This document shows, one piece after another, positions 47,836-63,000 of a stretch of DNA of 64,000 nt (positions within the stretch are counted from its first letter, which is position 1; every line of letters starts with the position of its first letter). The DNA comes from Mytilus edulis (lineage: Eukaryota). The notes beneath the pieces are model-generated. The model was given only the letters and a program-made list of their open reading frames with translations, was not told the origin of the DNA and did not search any database. The position numbers were made by a program, and so were the translations under genes. The stretch lies in NCBI RefSeq assembly GCF_963676685.1, contig NC_092346.1, positions 48,484,001-48,548,000 on the forward strand. The letters run 5' to 3'.

Positions 47836-48503
47836 TAAGTATATAGAATCACGATATTTTTTACTTCTGTTTGAGTACTATGATCAACAATTTTTTTTTG
47901 TAAAATACTTTTCTCGTACTCCTTACAACAAAAATATTATATTCAAGGTTACCAATGTACGTTATTTTGTCCTTGGAAGTAGATTTTTTTTCACCTGATT
48001 GTGTCATTAATATTTTAATCGTTCAGTGTATGTTTACTGGCTTTTATTAATATTTCTTCTTGATCGAGAAAAGCCATTTTTAAATTGATATCAACAACAA
48101 TGCTTTTGCCGTTGAAAGTACTTACCGTTTATATTTTGCCGATCTCAGTTTGTTTTCTGACTGTTTTTTTTTAATGTGTACCATATTTTATAAGTATATA
48201 GAATTATGATATATTTTCACTCCTGTTCTCGTATTATGACCAACAAATTTATTTAATTTCTAAAAAATATTTTCGTACTTCTAACAAAAAAAATGTTAAC
48301 GTTACCAGTGTAGGTTTTATCTAATTTGGTCCCAGTTCATAAATATACTTTGGACGTTTATTTATATATTGTATTTAGTGTGTGTCATATAATTTTGTTT
48401 TGTTCAGTGCATGTTTACTTGATTTTTCGTTTTGATTGAGTAAAGACATTTCAAAATCAACCTTAACAAGAATGTTTTTGTCGTAGATAGTTCTTACCGT
48501 TTA
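47836..48503. repeat. Old degenerate tandem duplication (~355-370 bp)
   Basis: TAAGTATATAGAAT at 47836 and 48191; CTTACCGTTTA at 48121 and 48493. Confidence 0.6.
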
Positions 48504-48906
48504 AAGTACACAACCCTCACTTTGTTTTCTTTCTCGATTAATATATAAAAAAGTATGGAAATGCAAATTGAAGTACAAGCTTAGGGTAAGCAAATAGAAA
48601 TTTTTAAAGTCATTTGTGTCCGAATTGCACATCAAGACACACCTCTACAATAACTTTTGTAATTCTTTAATACGGTTTTATACATTATTTAAAGGTTTAC
48701 ATTTTTCCTTTCTTCGAAAGAGTTGAATTTGTTTCGTGTACAACGTTGTGTTGTTTGTACTGTAAGTCAACTGATCACTATTGAAGGAGTTTCAAATAAG
48801 CTTACAATAACAAGTTTAACCCTGCGTTGGTATGTCCCAAGTCAATAACCTCGCCTTCGGTTCTCTTTTGTCATATTTTTTATATGTGTATGTATGTATG
48901 TATGAG

Positions 48907-49129
48907 GAAAACTTGTTGTGAATGGCAAATAGTTTCTGTTGAATATGTTCCTACTGCTAAGTAGGATATGGAAGACGAAGAGCGTGACATATTGTATATT
49001 CACAAATCTATTGCTGAAAACTTGTTGTGAATGGCAAATAGTTTCTGTTGAATATGTTCCTACTGCTAAGTAGGATATGGAAGATGAAGAGCATGACATA
49101 TTGTATATTCACAAATCTATTGCTGAAAA
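48907..49129. repeat. 109-bp direct tandem duplication
   Basis: GAAAACTTGTTGTGAATGGCAAATAG...ATCTATTGCT twice, two substitutions seen. Confidence 0.85.
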
Positions 49130-49482
49130 TTGTATGCTAACTTAAAATAGTCTGTTATTTGTGTCGATTGGTTACTGTTTCACTTACGTATACTCCAAAT
49201 ATCCTTTAATTTATTTATATATCAACAATACAATATGAGATACCAGTCTTATGATTTACATGTCTAAACATTAAATGGAGGTGATATCTTTTGGTTTTCT
49301 TCTGTTGTAATGTTGCGGTGTTATTGTCGTGAACCCCATACATCCTTTATTTACAAAGCACGAAAATGTCGGCGTTCACCTCAAAAGCTATCCAAACCTT
49401 TGAACAGACTTACAAGAAGGGATAAAGATACGTTTCTGTTGTGAGGTCATTAAAGATGACATATTTTTGCTGGTATATTGAT

Positions 49483-50110
49483 TTACTTATAGGGTCTTTG
49501 CATCGGAAAAAACCACACTTATTCTTAAATAAATTGTTGGCATGACACGGGATATGTTCTTCTCATATATTGTATGATGGTATGATACTAAACCCCTAAC
49601 AGGAGGGATTGTGCTTGGTATGCATATGCTGGAGACATAATCTTTAAATCAGTTCAATTGAGGTCTAGATCTGGCATGTCATTAACTGCTAGTAATCCTT
49701 TGTAATTAATGCAGCATTGTTATTTTCCTCTTTTGTTTTGTATTATGTCATTGGAATCAGGCTTCTTTTAAACTGTGTTTTACTGTGCGTGTTGCTGTAT
49801 GTTACTTTTTTCTGCATTGGCTAGAGGTTTATGTATACGGGAGGGTTGAAATCTCATAAAAAAAAGTTTAACCCCGCCGCATTTTTGTGTCTATTCCAAA
49901 TCAGGAGCCTCTGTCCTTTGTTAGACATGTATGGTTTTAGTTCACTTTTATATTTTGGAATTAAGTATGCCGTTCATTATCACTGAACTAGTACGTTTTT
50001 TTGTTAAAAGGCCGGCTGAACCATGCCTTCGGGTGTGGGAGTTGACGACCCATTGGTGGCCTTCGTCTGGTTTTGCACTTTGGTCGGGTTGTTGTCTATT
50101 TTCAATTTTA
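49483..50110 (+). mobile_element. Family P1 fragment, opposite orientation, degraded
   Basis: Reverse complement of ~62756-63420 (GGGTCTTTGCATCGGAA...GGTCGGGTTGTTGTC). Confidence 0.7.
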
Positions 50111-50828
50111 TGTAACTTAAGGTGTCAAAGTCACGAATTGGATTTATTCCATATCAGAAAAAAGACCCATATTTGACAGTCCCTCTTCTATATATCATTT
50201 GAGAATCTTTTGAGGTCCAGTGTCAAGTTAACATGACTTAAACTTTAAGCGTCACCGAGTACATCTCTGATAACTGCTAAATTTGATTTTCTTTGTTAAA
50301 AAATAAAAACAAATGTTCAGCGGTGTGATCTTTCACATTATAAGCATGTGGCAGCACAATGATTTTTTCTTAATTCATAGAATACAGTTATTATTTTACA
50401 CTCTTCGTTTAATCTAGTTAGTTTAATAAGGAATTTTGAATTTATGATTCAAATTAAACTTAGAAATACATGTATCAACGAGTTGAATTAGTACTGTTTT
50501 TTCTCCTTGTCATCTGCATACATCTTGTACATTGAAATCAATATTAACTTTGTCAACGACAATATATAAGTCGATTAAAGGTATATATACATACAATTAA
50601 CGATTTTCATTTTAGTTTTCTTCTAAGTTATTCAATATTCAAGGGAATTTCAGCTGCATAGGTCAGCATTAAAGATTAACCTAAACATTATACTCAGTAA
50701 ATGTAATTGTAGGTTTAATAATCAACCTTTAACAATGAACTTGCTACTTTTATATGTCCTTTCAACTTAAGGAACTGTAAATAAACGACAAAAACAGAAA
50801 GGCTATGCGAGATGGATCATCTAGCGCA

Positions 50829-51012
50829 AATGAAATGGAAACAAAATAAGTCCTTGATGAGGAAATGAAAAAGATAACACTGCGCATGAAATAACCTCTA
50901 TGACACTTTACATGATTATGTGCAAAAGTCAGGATACTTTTAATGTAACACATGGTAGTGAAAAACACTATATAAAGAAACTTGATGATGATACAGCAAC
51001 ATAACCATCGAC
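50829..51012 (+). promoter_or_regulatory. Gene C proximal promoter (TATA box 50969-50976)
   Basis: TATATAAA about 40 nt before ATG 51013; motifs AATGAAATGGAAACA, GAGGAAAT and CACATG in the same order as in A/B. Confidence 0.65.
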
Positions 51013-51058
51013 ATGACTCGAGGAGTGTTCACTTTTTTACTGGTTGTCTGTGTGACAG
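51013..51058 (+). CDS. Gene C exon 1 (signal peptide)
   Basis: MTRGVFTFLLVVCVT, G|GTAAGT; 46 nt like A/B exon 1. Confidence 0.82.
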
Positions 51059-54000
51059 GTAAGTTTGCTGGCTTACTATAAGACAGTATATGCATTTCGT
51101 ATGTTTGTTAACGCATCTCTCCGTTGTGTTTTTACATATAACTTTTAAATAAGTCACCTCTCCATAATGTCAGTTTTAACTGTAACTATCATTGCATATT
51201 GTGATATTTTTCTTAGCCTCGAAAACGTGGTATTTCAAAGATTTGTTCTATGCAGAAAGCATTCTACAATGAAAGACAACTATTTAAGGAAGAGATAAGT
51301 TCTAGGTTTATAATCTGAAGATTTGAGCAGTTTTCGTTTTTTCTCTCGGTGATACACAGAAAATCGTAATCATGCTGCTTTTAATAAAAATGATTATCTA
51401 TGTCATTATTATTTTTTTCAATCTTCTTATTGTACCTGTATAAAGAGGGTAAACTTTTACACGATCGTATAATGGAACATAACTATTCTTAATATCAACA
51501 CAATATTTCAGCAAATTTTGTATGTTGCCTCGCTTGAATATAAACTCTTGCTTTTGGGATATCGAAACAACAACATGTGTAGGGATATCCGTAGGTAGTG
51601 ACAAAGCATTGAAAGGAAATATTTTCAAAAGAAGTTGTCCATATGTAGACATAAAATCTAAAAAAAAGTTGAGATGTTTGGTTGATTTTTAAGACGGTTT
51701 GGGAATATTTATACAGTGAAGGAATAATTTAATTTTTTACATTCTACAATGTGAAATTGAATATTAGACATTAACCCCCAAATTTAGAAAAAATAATTCA
51801 TTTGAAGTATTTCTAAATTTAAAGCAGCCATTCAAGGCATAACATTTTTTATTTATCGAGACGAATCATGACTATGGTACCGTTTACTATATTTTTTGTC
51901 TCATCAGGTATAAAATGTTATTTCTTTTTTGATTTTCTCTTTATTTTCTATTCACGGAGGGAGTTTTCATGTTTTCGTCTTTTAATATAACCCTCACCTT
52001 TTATAGCTAGTTGAATAACTGTTTTATATATAATAACATCGTCAATATTTCATTACAGCCACTATCACTGAAGGTTACGGCTCTTACCGCCATGGAGGCA
52101 TTGTTGGACACACCGGATTATACAAGAACCATCTTACTAGTTACAAGGATCTGTTAACTGGATATGGCAACGATCATGCTGCAGGTCACATTTACCACTC
52201 TGGTACACATGTTAACCTTTATTTCTATAAAATGTCTCAAAGGGATTTCAAAACGATCGATAATTTCCTTTAACTATTCACCGAAATTATGCATATTTAT
52301 ACATTTTACGTATCAGATAATAATTGATGACATTGCAACCGATAAAAATGCATTTCCGTATATTTGAGCCAATAAAAACAACCATATAAAAACACTTTCA
52401 TGCGCTGATAAAAAAAACCTTTGCACAAGAGTTTACAAATAAATACATTTGATTTTATTATTATCGCATGCAAAGATTGCGAAAATAAATTCAGATTCAA
52501 CAAAAGTGTTTTTTAATGAGTTTTTTTACAATTAATTCCTGAAACTTGTAGCATGGAGTTCTGTTTTCTTTTGTTTTTACCTTTTTACACAACATTGATT
52601 ATATATGTAAAGATGTAGTATGAGTGTCAATGAAACAACTCTCCATCCAAGTCACAATTAATTAATATATTAATCACGAACTGTATAATTGTATGCTTAG
52701 TTCAATCGGGATCCAACGAATAAGTTCTTTTGAATTGAGACTTTCTATCTTGAGAGACATATCTGTCCCATCTGATATTGAGTTTCATAATAACTATTTT
52801 CTATATTCTATGCAGGTCATTTTCATAAAATAGTGGTTGGACGTCTTTATAGACGCTTTCATCAATTTGGTATCGATTTGATAGGAAATGGCCTACGATA
52901 CAAAAACTACTGTAAGTAGATATATAGTATTTAAATAAGGCTACCAGAATATGAATTAGGGTACCTGCAATATCATGGGCGCTATATTCAGTATAACGTT
53001 CATTTGGATTACTTCAAATCCGACTAGATTTAACCTAATGTGAATCATGCCAAAAAGTAATGAAGTATTATAAGCTTTATCTTTGGGTTTGTCCTTTTTG
53101 TGTCGTGTTTTGGATTAATTGCTATATTGTTTTACCTATTTGCATTTCCTATATTTGAAGTCGAACAGTATTGATGAGAAATGCATTTATTAATTTCCAA
53201 TATGTTGTATCCGATTCAAAATGGTATTATTGATTTTTCTATCACATACTTAGAGATGTAGATAAATAAACAAGAGAACAGGAAATCTTATTTATGGAAA
53301 AACAAGACAAAAAAGAAGACGAACAAATAGATAAATACCAATTGCATGTGAACTAGAAAAGACAAGACTATAAAACTAAAGAAAATAAAGATCTCCACAT
53401 TTTCACAACAATCTAAATGCAATCAATATTTCCACAGATTTTGCACGTAAATGTGAACCCCTGAAGTTATACAACGCATTCAGTTCATGCTTTAATGAAT
53501 ATGGAAGGATAGAAGATTGTTTCCCAGGTCTTATCAAGGATGGGCTGATTGGACATCAACACCACTACCAGAGATATGGTCGTAGCTATGGACTCGGGGT
53601 TAAATTTGTGAGGAGAGGCATTATTTACCATAAAACCGGTCAGTAAACAAAACAATTATTCTAACATTCATGTAATATGTATCAGAGTTTTTATGAATTT
53701 GGTGTTTGCAATAAGATGTCGTCCTCATCCTGATATTTCATTTTACAATTTGTCAAATTTAATTTATAATATTGTAATTTCATGATCTGAAAGTGCATAA
53801 ATAATTATTCTACTTTGAATCTGCCTTTACATATTCCGAATAATTTTTATCCTTGGATTACTTAATACGAATATTTGTAGCATATCTTGTAATTCTATAT
53901 CCATTAATGTTAATGTTTAATTTTCAGTTTACCATTACCATGTAAGGTCACTGGAGTTTATATGGACAATGACATCTTGTTATAATTCCTTCCATCATGC

Positions 54001-57000
54001 AAGCATTTGTGTGCAAAAACTACAAAAGCAAGGTTTGATCGGAGCACCCCATCCTTTAACAGGTTATGTAGGACGCAATACTGGTTATCATGGCTTTAAA
54101 ATAGTACATGGTCGTTTCAGCTACCATGGACATGGTAATATTATAGATAACATATTTGATAGAAAAATCGTTCTACAATTTAACATTTGCAATTTGGGAA
54201 ATAATTATTTCTCATTTGTCGCCATGTTAGAGGTATTCATGATTAAATTCGGTTACCAATCAACCAAACCCTTATTAAGTTGACCTAATTTTAATTTCAT
54301 TAAGCCTTGATAAGTTCGTTTCTACAGCTTCGTTAGGATCTCTGAATTATTTTGACTTTCTGTACCACAAGTCTCACTTTTGTTATTCAAATGATATAGC
54401 AAAACATTTTCCCCGCCTAAATGACGACAAAGGGAAATAACTCAAACTGAAATAACGTCAACTAACAAACTTTATATATAGTGATACATTTTATACTCAA
54501 ACAGGGAAATGCGCTGTATTCAGATCAATCTTTCTATTAATATCGTATTACTGTGTTGATCTTTATGAAATTTTCTGTGTGGAAAATTAAAAAAAAAGGA
54601 ACAGAAAATATTAGACCTGTGTTCACTATCCATTAGAAATAGATATTCAAAGAGGCAAACAATGCTCTAAATATCTTCTGTAAAATTTGTTTCTCATTGA
54701 TTTGATAATTATTAATAATAAAGCTATAATTATAAAAATATGGAGAAGTGATTGCCTATGAGAAAACTATCCACGAACGATCAATGCAGGCGAAAAAAGA
54801 GGTCTTCAAACACGAGACCTATCTGCGTTGCATTAAAGTAATGGTCCGATACTACCAAATTTAAAACGAGAAACCAACGGCCTTTTTTGTGTTTAAAACA
54901 ATAAACGATAACAAATTTAGACAAAAATAGACAACGAGCAACTGTCTTGAGACATGCAAATAAAATATGTAGTGGGGTGAAAAATATTTTTTAAATGATA
55001 ATTTCTCTCCAACCCTTGAACAGTTGTATAACAGCACTACATAAGAAAAAAACCTAGTGTATTTACTTATGTTTTAGCGTACAAGTTGAGCTGCAGTACA
55101 ACTCGTTTTTACAGTGTGTGGAATAAATGTTACAACCACTATCACAGTGTGGGTCGGTGCTTCGGATATCTACAACAAAAACATCTGTTTGTCTCATATT
55201 CTTCCACCTCAATAGGTAATTATTTCTAGTATCATTATTTTGTTCATAAAGTTCTTTTCAAAATATGAAACTATTATTTTATTCAAATGATCACATATCA
55301 AAAATTATTGGTGTGAAGTAGAGTTGTGCTTTTTAAAACAAAAACTTGAATATGATATCGTACGACAAAATTATTTTGCTCATTAACCGCCTGAATAAAC
55401 TAAATATTGTGAACATTCATAACAAAAAGCTATTTATGAATGACTGGTGTAGGTGTTTAATGCCAATTTCAGTAAAAGGGACTTTTAAAAAGGCGACAAA
55501 AGTTTATTGGTTCAAAAAGCATATATATTTTTTTTAATTGATATGTTTTTTTTTTTTTATGAAATACTTATATTTTATTTGTTTTGGTTTCAAAGTAGGC
55601 TACCATGGATATGATCAACTTGGATTCAAAATAGTTCATGGAGGATTCTCATATCATGGAAAAGGTAAAATAGTAAAATAGTTATCAACAAAAGCTCTGC
55701 TGAAAAGTGTATCAAGTTGAAAAACATGGAACACAAAACCTCGACACTAAAACTTTTAAATCGCTACTCTATTGGCTTCGAAAATAAAGACTAAGATGGG
55801 GGATACTTTGAAGCTTTCAATAATTCATCACATGGAAAAGTTTGTTTGAATATGGTTTACGATTTGACTGAAATATTAAAAGCTTGTTTCTATGTGTATT
55901 TCATTTCTAACATTCGTCTCTTCCAAAATCTTAAACAAATTAAGGATGGCAAAAAATATTTCAATAGTTCATTATCCATGTGAAGTTTGGGTCTGTGTGA
56001 TAACTATTATGATTAAGGAATTTTTTTTTACATAGAATTAACTATGTTTTGTAATTTCAGCTTACACACTGAAATGTAGTGAGAGCAGATTTTATAAAGT
56101 ATGGGATGATTGTTATGGACATTACCACAAAGGCAGTTTGTGCTTTGACAGACTATTTAAACAGGGTCTTTTTGGTAAATATATTTATTACTTCTTTAAT
56201 TATGCACTTACAAATAACATTAATCAGTGAAGTTCTTCCAATGCAACAATTGTGGTTTTAGTTTTTGCCAAAAGCATGTCAATAACAAAATCATATCAAT
56301 AAATGAAGATAGTATAGGGGTTATTCTTAAATGAACAGCAACCCAACGATACAAAAATGTAAAAAGACACCAAGAAGTAAGCGTATCGTCTTCAATAATA
56401 GACAGACTTATTTACAAAAAAATACACGAATGTAAGTATCCAACCATTAAAACTACTTTCGATCAAATTTTTCCTGAAATATATATAGATGAATAATATA
56501 ACCAAAAACTATTCGATGAAGACAACCACAACTAATACATGGACATGTAGATCTGTCCTGGTCAATTTCAGCTGTGTTTTTATAGATATATAAAAAGTCT
56601 TAAGAAAAAGGAACAACACTAGCTATTAGATTTTTAACTACGAATCAACTAATTAAAATATATGTATATCACAAATTGTTAAATATGTGGTGACGATTTT
56701 TATTTGATAGTATATACTTTACACTAATTTACCTATTATAGGTTACAATGTAGACAGTGACTATGCCCATGGTGACATCGATTACCTTGGCTATTACAAC
56801 AGTCATCACGGATTTCACTTAGTCGATGGAGGATTCACTTACAAGGATGTTGGTAATAACAATGCTACTACAAAACAAAATGATTTACTGTCCTGACCGT
56901 GTAAATATAACTTTAAGAATGAGATGCTCTTTTTTTATTTCATAGAGTCCCAAAAGGGGGAATTGTTAGCACATTTTTTAGTGTGAAATGGACCTTCAGC

Positions 57001-60000
57001 CAACCCTTTTGCACCATAATAAAATTTCAAAAAGTATCATTTTTGTTTAAAATATACGCCCCGTATGAGTTGAAAAGACAAAAGTTACTATAAATTGGTT
57101 AAAATTGAAAATTATGTAAAATCTTTTGCGAAAAAGAAAAATTTCAACATTTAGTGCAATTTAAGTGTATCAACTTTATTTTGTGCGACGCTTGTGGTCT
57201 CTGTTTATTCAACCAATAAATGCATACACATACCCAATGTTGACACAAAAGCTGACATTTACCACTGTGGCAATATTAATTCACATACTAGGCAAGTTAT
57301 GTTCATGCAAGGCTGAGCTTTTGACAGTTTCAATGACTAATAAGTTATATGTTTTTCTTACAGCTTACAAATTGAGCTGCAAAACAGACCGTTTCTACAG
57401 ATCATGGCACGATTGCTACGACTCATACCACAGTGTAGATGTATGTTTTGGACGATTGTACAAAAGCCATCTGTTTGTGTCATTAGGTAATTTGATTTGA
57501 TATCTGAAATTTCTCTTCAGTTAATTAGTTTAAAACGAGCATTCATGTATGCAATATACAATGATTACTTCTATATTTGGAAGTTTAAGTGATTTTAAAA
57601 ATTGAAGACTTGAACGGCAATTAACACAAACATGTAAGACTAAGAAGCATATTTCTGTATTTCACTTTGTATTTTTAAATCTAAATTGGTTTTTAGATTT
57701 ATGTTAAATGATTGTTAAACATTAGGTCTTTAATTCGTATTTGTCATGTTTGTATATTTCGTAATCAAGTTTCAAATAAACTTATTATATTTTTTATTTT
57801 TTATATAAATTTTATTGGTGCAAAAAGCATATATATTTTGTTAATTGATATGTTTTTTTTTATGAAATACTTCTATTTTATTTGTTTTGGTTTCAAAGTA
57901 GGCTACCATGGATATGATCAACTTGGATTCAAAATAGTTCATGGAGGATTCTCATATCACGGCAAAGGTAAAATAGTGAAATAGTTATAAACAAAACTCT
58001 GCTGAAAAGCTTATCAAGCTGAAAATATGGAACACAAACCTCGACACAAATATTTTAAAATCGCTACTCTATTGGCTTCGAAAATAAAGACTAAGTTGAG
58101 AGATACTTTGAGGCTTTCAATAATTCATCACATGGAAAATTGTTTGCATATGGTTTACGATTTGACTGAAATATTGAAAGCTTGTTTCGATGTGTATTCC
58201 TTTTCTAACATTTGTCTCTTCTAAAATCTTATAGTTCATTATCCATGTGAAGTTTGGGTCTGTGTGATAACTATTATGATTAAGGAATTTGTTTTTTTTT
58301 TACATAGAAATAACTATGTTTTTTAATTTCAGCTTACACACTGAAATGTAGTGAGAGCAGATTTTATAAAGTATGGGATGATTGTTATGGACATTACCAC
58401 AAAGGCAGTGTGTGCTTTGACAGACTATTTAAACAGGGTCTTTTTGGTAAACATATTTATTACTTCTTTAATTAAGCACTTAAAAATAAAATTGATCAGT
58501 GAAGTTATTCCAATGCAACAATTGTGGTTTTAGTTTTTGCCAAAAGCATGTCAATAACAAAATCATATCAATAAATGGAGATAGTATGGGGGTTATACTT
58601 AAATGAACAGCAACCCAACGATACAAAAATGTAAAAAGACACCAAGAAGTAAGCGTATCGTCTTCAATAATAGACAGACTTATTTACAAAAAAATACACG
58701 AATGTAATTATCCCACCATTAAAACTACTTTCGAATATATTTTTCTTGAAATATATATAGATGAATAATATAACCAAAAACCTATCCGAAGAAGACAACC
58801 GCAACTAATACATGGACATGTAGATCTGTCCTGGTCAATTTCAGCTGTGTTTTTATAGATATATAAAAAGTCTTAAGAAACAGGAACAACACTAGATATT
58901 AGACGTTTAACTACGAATCAACTAATTAAAATATATGTATATCACAAATTGTTAAATATGTGGTGATGATTTTTATTTGATAGTATGCACGTTATACTAA
59001 TTTACCTATTATAGGTTATAATGTAGACAGTGACTATGCCCATGGCGACATCGATTACCTTGGCTATTACAACAGTCATCACGGATTTCACTTAGTCGAT
59101 GGAGGATTCACTTACAAGGATGTTGGTAATGCCTGATTTATTTTGTATTAATAACAATGCTACTACAAAACAAAATGATTTACTGTCCTGACCGTGTAAA
59201 TATAATTTTAAGAATGAGATGCTCTTTTTTTTTATTTCATAGAGTCCCAAAAGGGGGAATTGTTAGCACATTTTTTAGTGTGAAATGGACCTCCAGCCAA
59301 CCCATTTGCACCATAATAAAATTTCAAAAAGTATCATTTTTGTTTAAAATATACGCCTTGTATGAGTTGAAAAGACAAAAGTTACTATAAATTGGTTAAA
59401 ATTGAAAATTATGTAAAATCTTTTGCGAAAAAGAAAAATTTCAACATTTAGTGCCATTTAAGTGTATCAACTTTATTTTGTGCGACGCTTGTGGTCTCTG
59501 TTTATTCAATCAATAAATGCATACACATACCCAATGTTGACACAAAAGCTGACATTTACCACTGTGACAATATTAATTCACATACTAGGCAAGTTATGTT
59601 CATACAAGGCTGAGCTTTTGACAGTTTCAATGACTAATAAGTTGTATGTTTTTCTTACAGCTTACAAATTGAGCTGCAAAACAGATCGTTTCTACAGATC
59701 ATGGCACGATTGCTACGACTCATACCACAGTGTAGATGTATGTTTTGGACGATTGTACAAAAGCCATCTGTTTGTGTCATTAGGTAATTTGGTTTGATAT
59801 CTGAAATTTCTCTTCAGTTAATTATTTTAAAACGAGCATTCATATATGCAATATACAATGATTACTTCTATATTTGGAAGTTTAAGTGATTTTAAAAATT
59901 GAAGACTTGAACGGCAATTAACACAAACATGTAAGACTAAGAAGCATATTTCGGTATTTCACTTTGTATTTTTAAATCTAAATTGGTTTTTAGATTTATG

Positions 60001-63000
60001 TTAAATGATTGTTGAAAATTAGGTCTTTAATTCGTATTTGTCATGTTTGTATATTTCGTAATCAAGTTTCAAATAAACTTATTATATTTTTAAGATCATG
60101 GAGATGTGCATACTGTACACACCAATTACCATGGATACAAATATCTTGGATTTAGGGTAAATCATAGAAGATTTACATATCACGGAAAAGGTAAAAATGA
60201 CATGACTTTTTCCCAACATTTATAATATTTTGATAATGTGTAATGATTGAAAATTGAAAAGAAAATGATTCATATCGGAAAGTTGCCCTTTCGAATGGAA
60301 AAATCAAAAGCTCAATCACATCAAACAAATAAAAAATTCCTGTCATATTCCTGACTTGGTACAGTACATTGTTGCAGTTATTATGCAGCACGAATTAATA
60401 GTTAGTACCATACGCTCTAAATATAAGCATATCCTTTTTCGCATACGATTCACGTCGTTCGAGTTAGTGGTTAAATCAAATAAAGTGATTAAATACTGTA
60501 AGATTGAACTATTATATAAACGTATTTGACAAATAATGTCTGAAGCAAGGGGTAGTTCTATAATTTTTTGTGTGTCAAATTTAAACTGATTGTGTGTTAC
60601 AATTGTTTCTTGTGCTTTTTACCTGTATAATTTAAACAATATGTTTATTATCACTTTTGAAACGGCTGTATTAATTTAGAAACAAGAGCTTATTTTAAGA
60701 TTTATGTTAAAGATCTTCGAAAATATAGGTTGTCTTGTGGTTTTAACTAACTGGCCTTTCAATCTACAGCAGAAAAGTTGCATATTTTATTATTGCAACG
60801 AATATATAAAGTTGCATCTCTTTTCAGCATACAGACTGAAATGTAGTACAAGACGTTTTTATGGTTTGTGGGACGACTGCTATAACCATTACCACAGTAG
60901 AAGTCTGTGCTTTAACAAAATCTATAAACAACACTTCTTTGGTAAATACATATCTGTGCAATAAAATTTTATTTTATTGAAATATCTAAAAAGAAAAGTA
61001 CACTTATTCAATGGTTAAACAATAATTGCATTATAATTCCTGTGAGTCGTTTTATTTTGAACTATTATTTCAGCCAAATTGTTTATATAATACGAATGTA
61101 ACAAATGCATATTGTGAGACCATTGTTGTATATTATCTTTACTTAATCCTTGAAATTTAGTCACTAATATAGTACAAAGCTTCACATGCTTTCCTTTTGA
61201 AATATGTTTTCTTTTAAAATCTTTACAGGTTACTACCATGGGGCATCTTCCATTGTGAACGGTGGTAATTACGTTGACGACTTTGGATACTATAAGGCTC
61301 ATCACGGATTTAGTATTGTGAACGGAGGATTTTCATACAACGGTGCCGGTAAGTTTTGTTGTTTTTTCAGATTATAATACATTGTCAAATCACCAAACAA
61401 ATCATATTTAATTGAAAAATAAGGCATAACATTTGAATATAAGTGATATATTAGTTTCCAGTATTAAAGCTATGCAAGAAGGACCAAATAAACTTTTGAG
61501 AAATCAATATTTTTCATATACCAATTCGTATTAGTATTAATCTTTTATTAGTTTGTAATTTTCTTATACTTGAATTTTTAGTACCTTGCTTGATATATAC
61601 ATACATTAACCATATGTACTGATACCTATCACATTTCACCATATGCTTTTTCACGATTTTTCAGCTTACAAGCTCAGTTGTAGCAGAACACGTTTTTACA
61701 AAGCTTGGAGATCTTGTTATGGCACTTATCATAGTGTAGATGTATGTTACGGACGATTGTTGAACGATCATCTCTTTGTTGCCCTAGGTAATTTAGGATG
61801 TTTTTTTTGTAACTGTAAATAATCTAATTTAGCAAGTGGTATTTCGTCGAGGCTAATATTGCAATAATTTGAATTTCAACATTTTTTAAATCAGTTTTAA
61901 ATTAAATGCCATGGATATCATAATAATTTTCATAAATGCAAACATATTGCTATTTTTCGAATGTAAATTTCGTAATTAAAATTTACTTTAGATAAATAAA
62001 ACAACGATTTTTTACAATTTGGTTAAAAGGAAAATTCGTTTTTGTATGAAACATAAACAAGATTTGCAAATATATTTTATTATCTTTTTAAGACCATGGA
62101 GATAATTACTCTGTACACACCAATTACCATGGGTACAAATATCTTGGATTTAAGTTACATCATAGAAGATTTAGCTATCATGGAAAAGGCAAGTAAAATA
62201 GAACAACATTTCGCGCTAGATATTTGCATATTTACTTTAATTGTGTGTAATAATAGGAATGCATGGCTTGCTCCCCTGCAACTGAAAGAAACACAAGGGA
62301 TTAACAAATTAACGACACATGATGCCTAGTAACCTGTCAAAAGTAAGATGTACCTCTAACATTTTTCTCGTCAACTTTACACTACTGCAATTTTACCTTG
62401 TAATGTGTTACAATTGTTTCATTTGCTTAGTATTATTTCAATTATTTATGCAATGTTTCTGGTCATTTGGCAGCATCAATTTAAAAAGAACAGTTTAATT
62501 TACGGTCAATGTTACATTTGTACAAAGCTATATGTTTTCATATCGAATTAGGAAACTGAACCTTTCATCAACAAAAGTGTATATGAAATTTGTGAACGGA
62601 ATATTCAAAATGATCATCTTTTTTTCAGCATACAGACTGAAATGTAGTACAAGACGTTTTTATGGTTTGTGGGACGACTGCTATAACCATTACCACAGTA
62701 GGAGTCTGTGCTTCAACAAAATCTATAAACAACACTTCTTTGGTAAATACATAGTAAAATTGAGAAAGGAAATGGTGAATATGTCAAAGCGACAACCACC
62801 CGACCATAGAGCAAACAACAGCCGAAGGCAACCAATGGGTCTTCAATGTAGCGAGAATTCCCGCACCCGTAGGTGTCCTTCAGCTGGCCCCTAAAATATG
62901 CATAATAGTACAGTGATAATGGACGTCATACTAAACTCCGAATTATACACAAGAAACTAAAATTTAAAATCATACAAGACTAACAAAGGCCAGAGGCTCC

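Larger units (their letters stand above)
55503..60091. repeat. Recent ~2.3-kb tandem duplication of four exons in gene C
   Basis: 55503-57795 vs 57811-60091 highly similar in introns as well as exons; exon offsets 2272-2303 bp. Confidence 0.9.

Noticed and set aside
47836-48503. Second 355-bp-period repeat as another retrozyme
   Set aside because: The period match looks coincidental: unrelated AT-rich sequence, degenerate copies and no CUGANGA/GAAA core seen.
56079-58533. Duplicated 60-aa ORFs MRADFIKYG...
   Set aside because: Wrong-frame readings of gene C exons 8 and 12; the Cys-module frame fits the splice phases.
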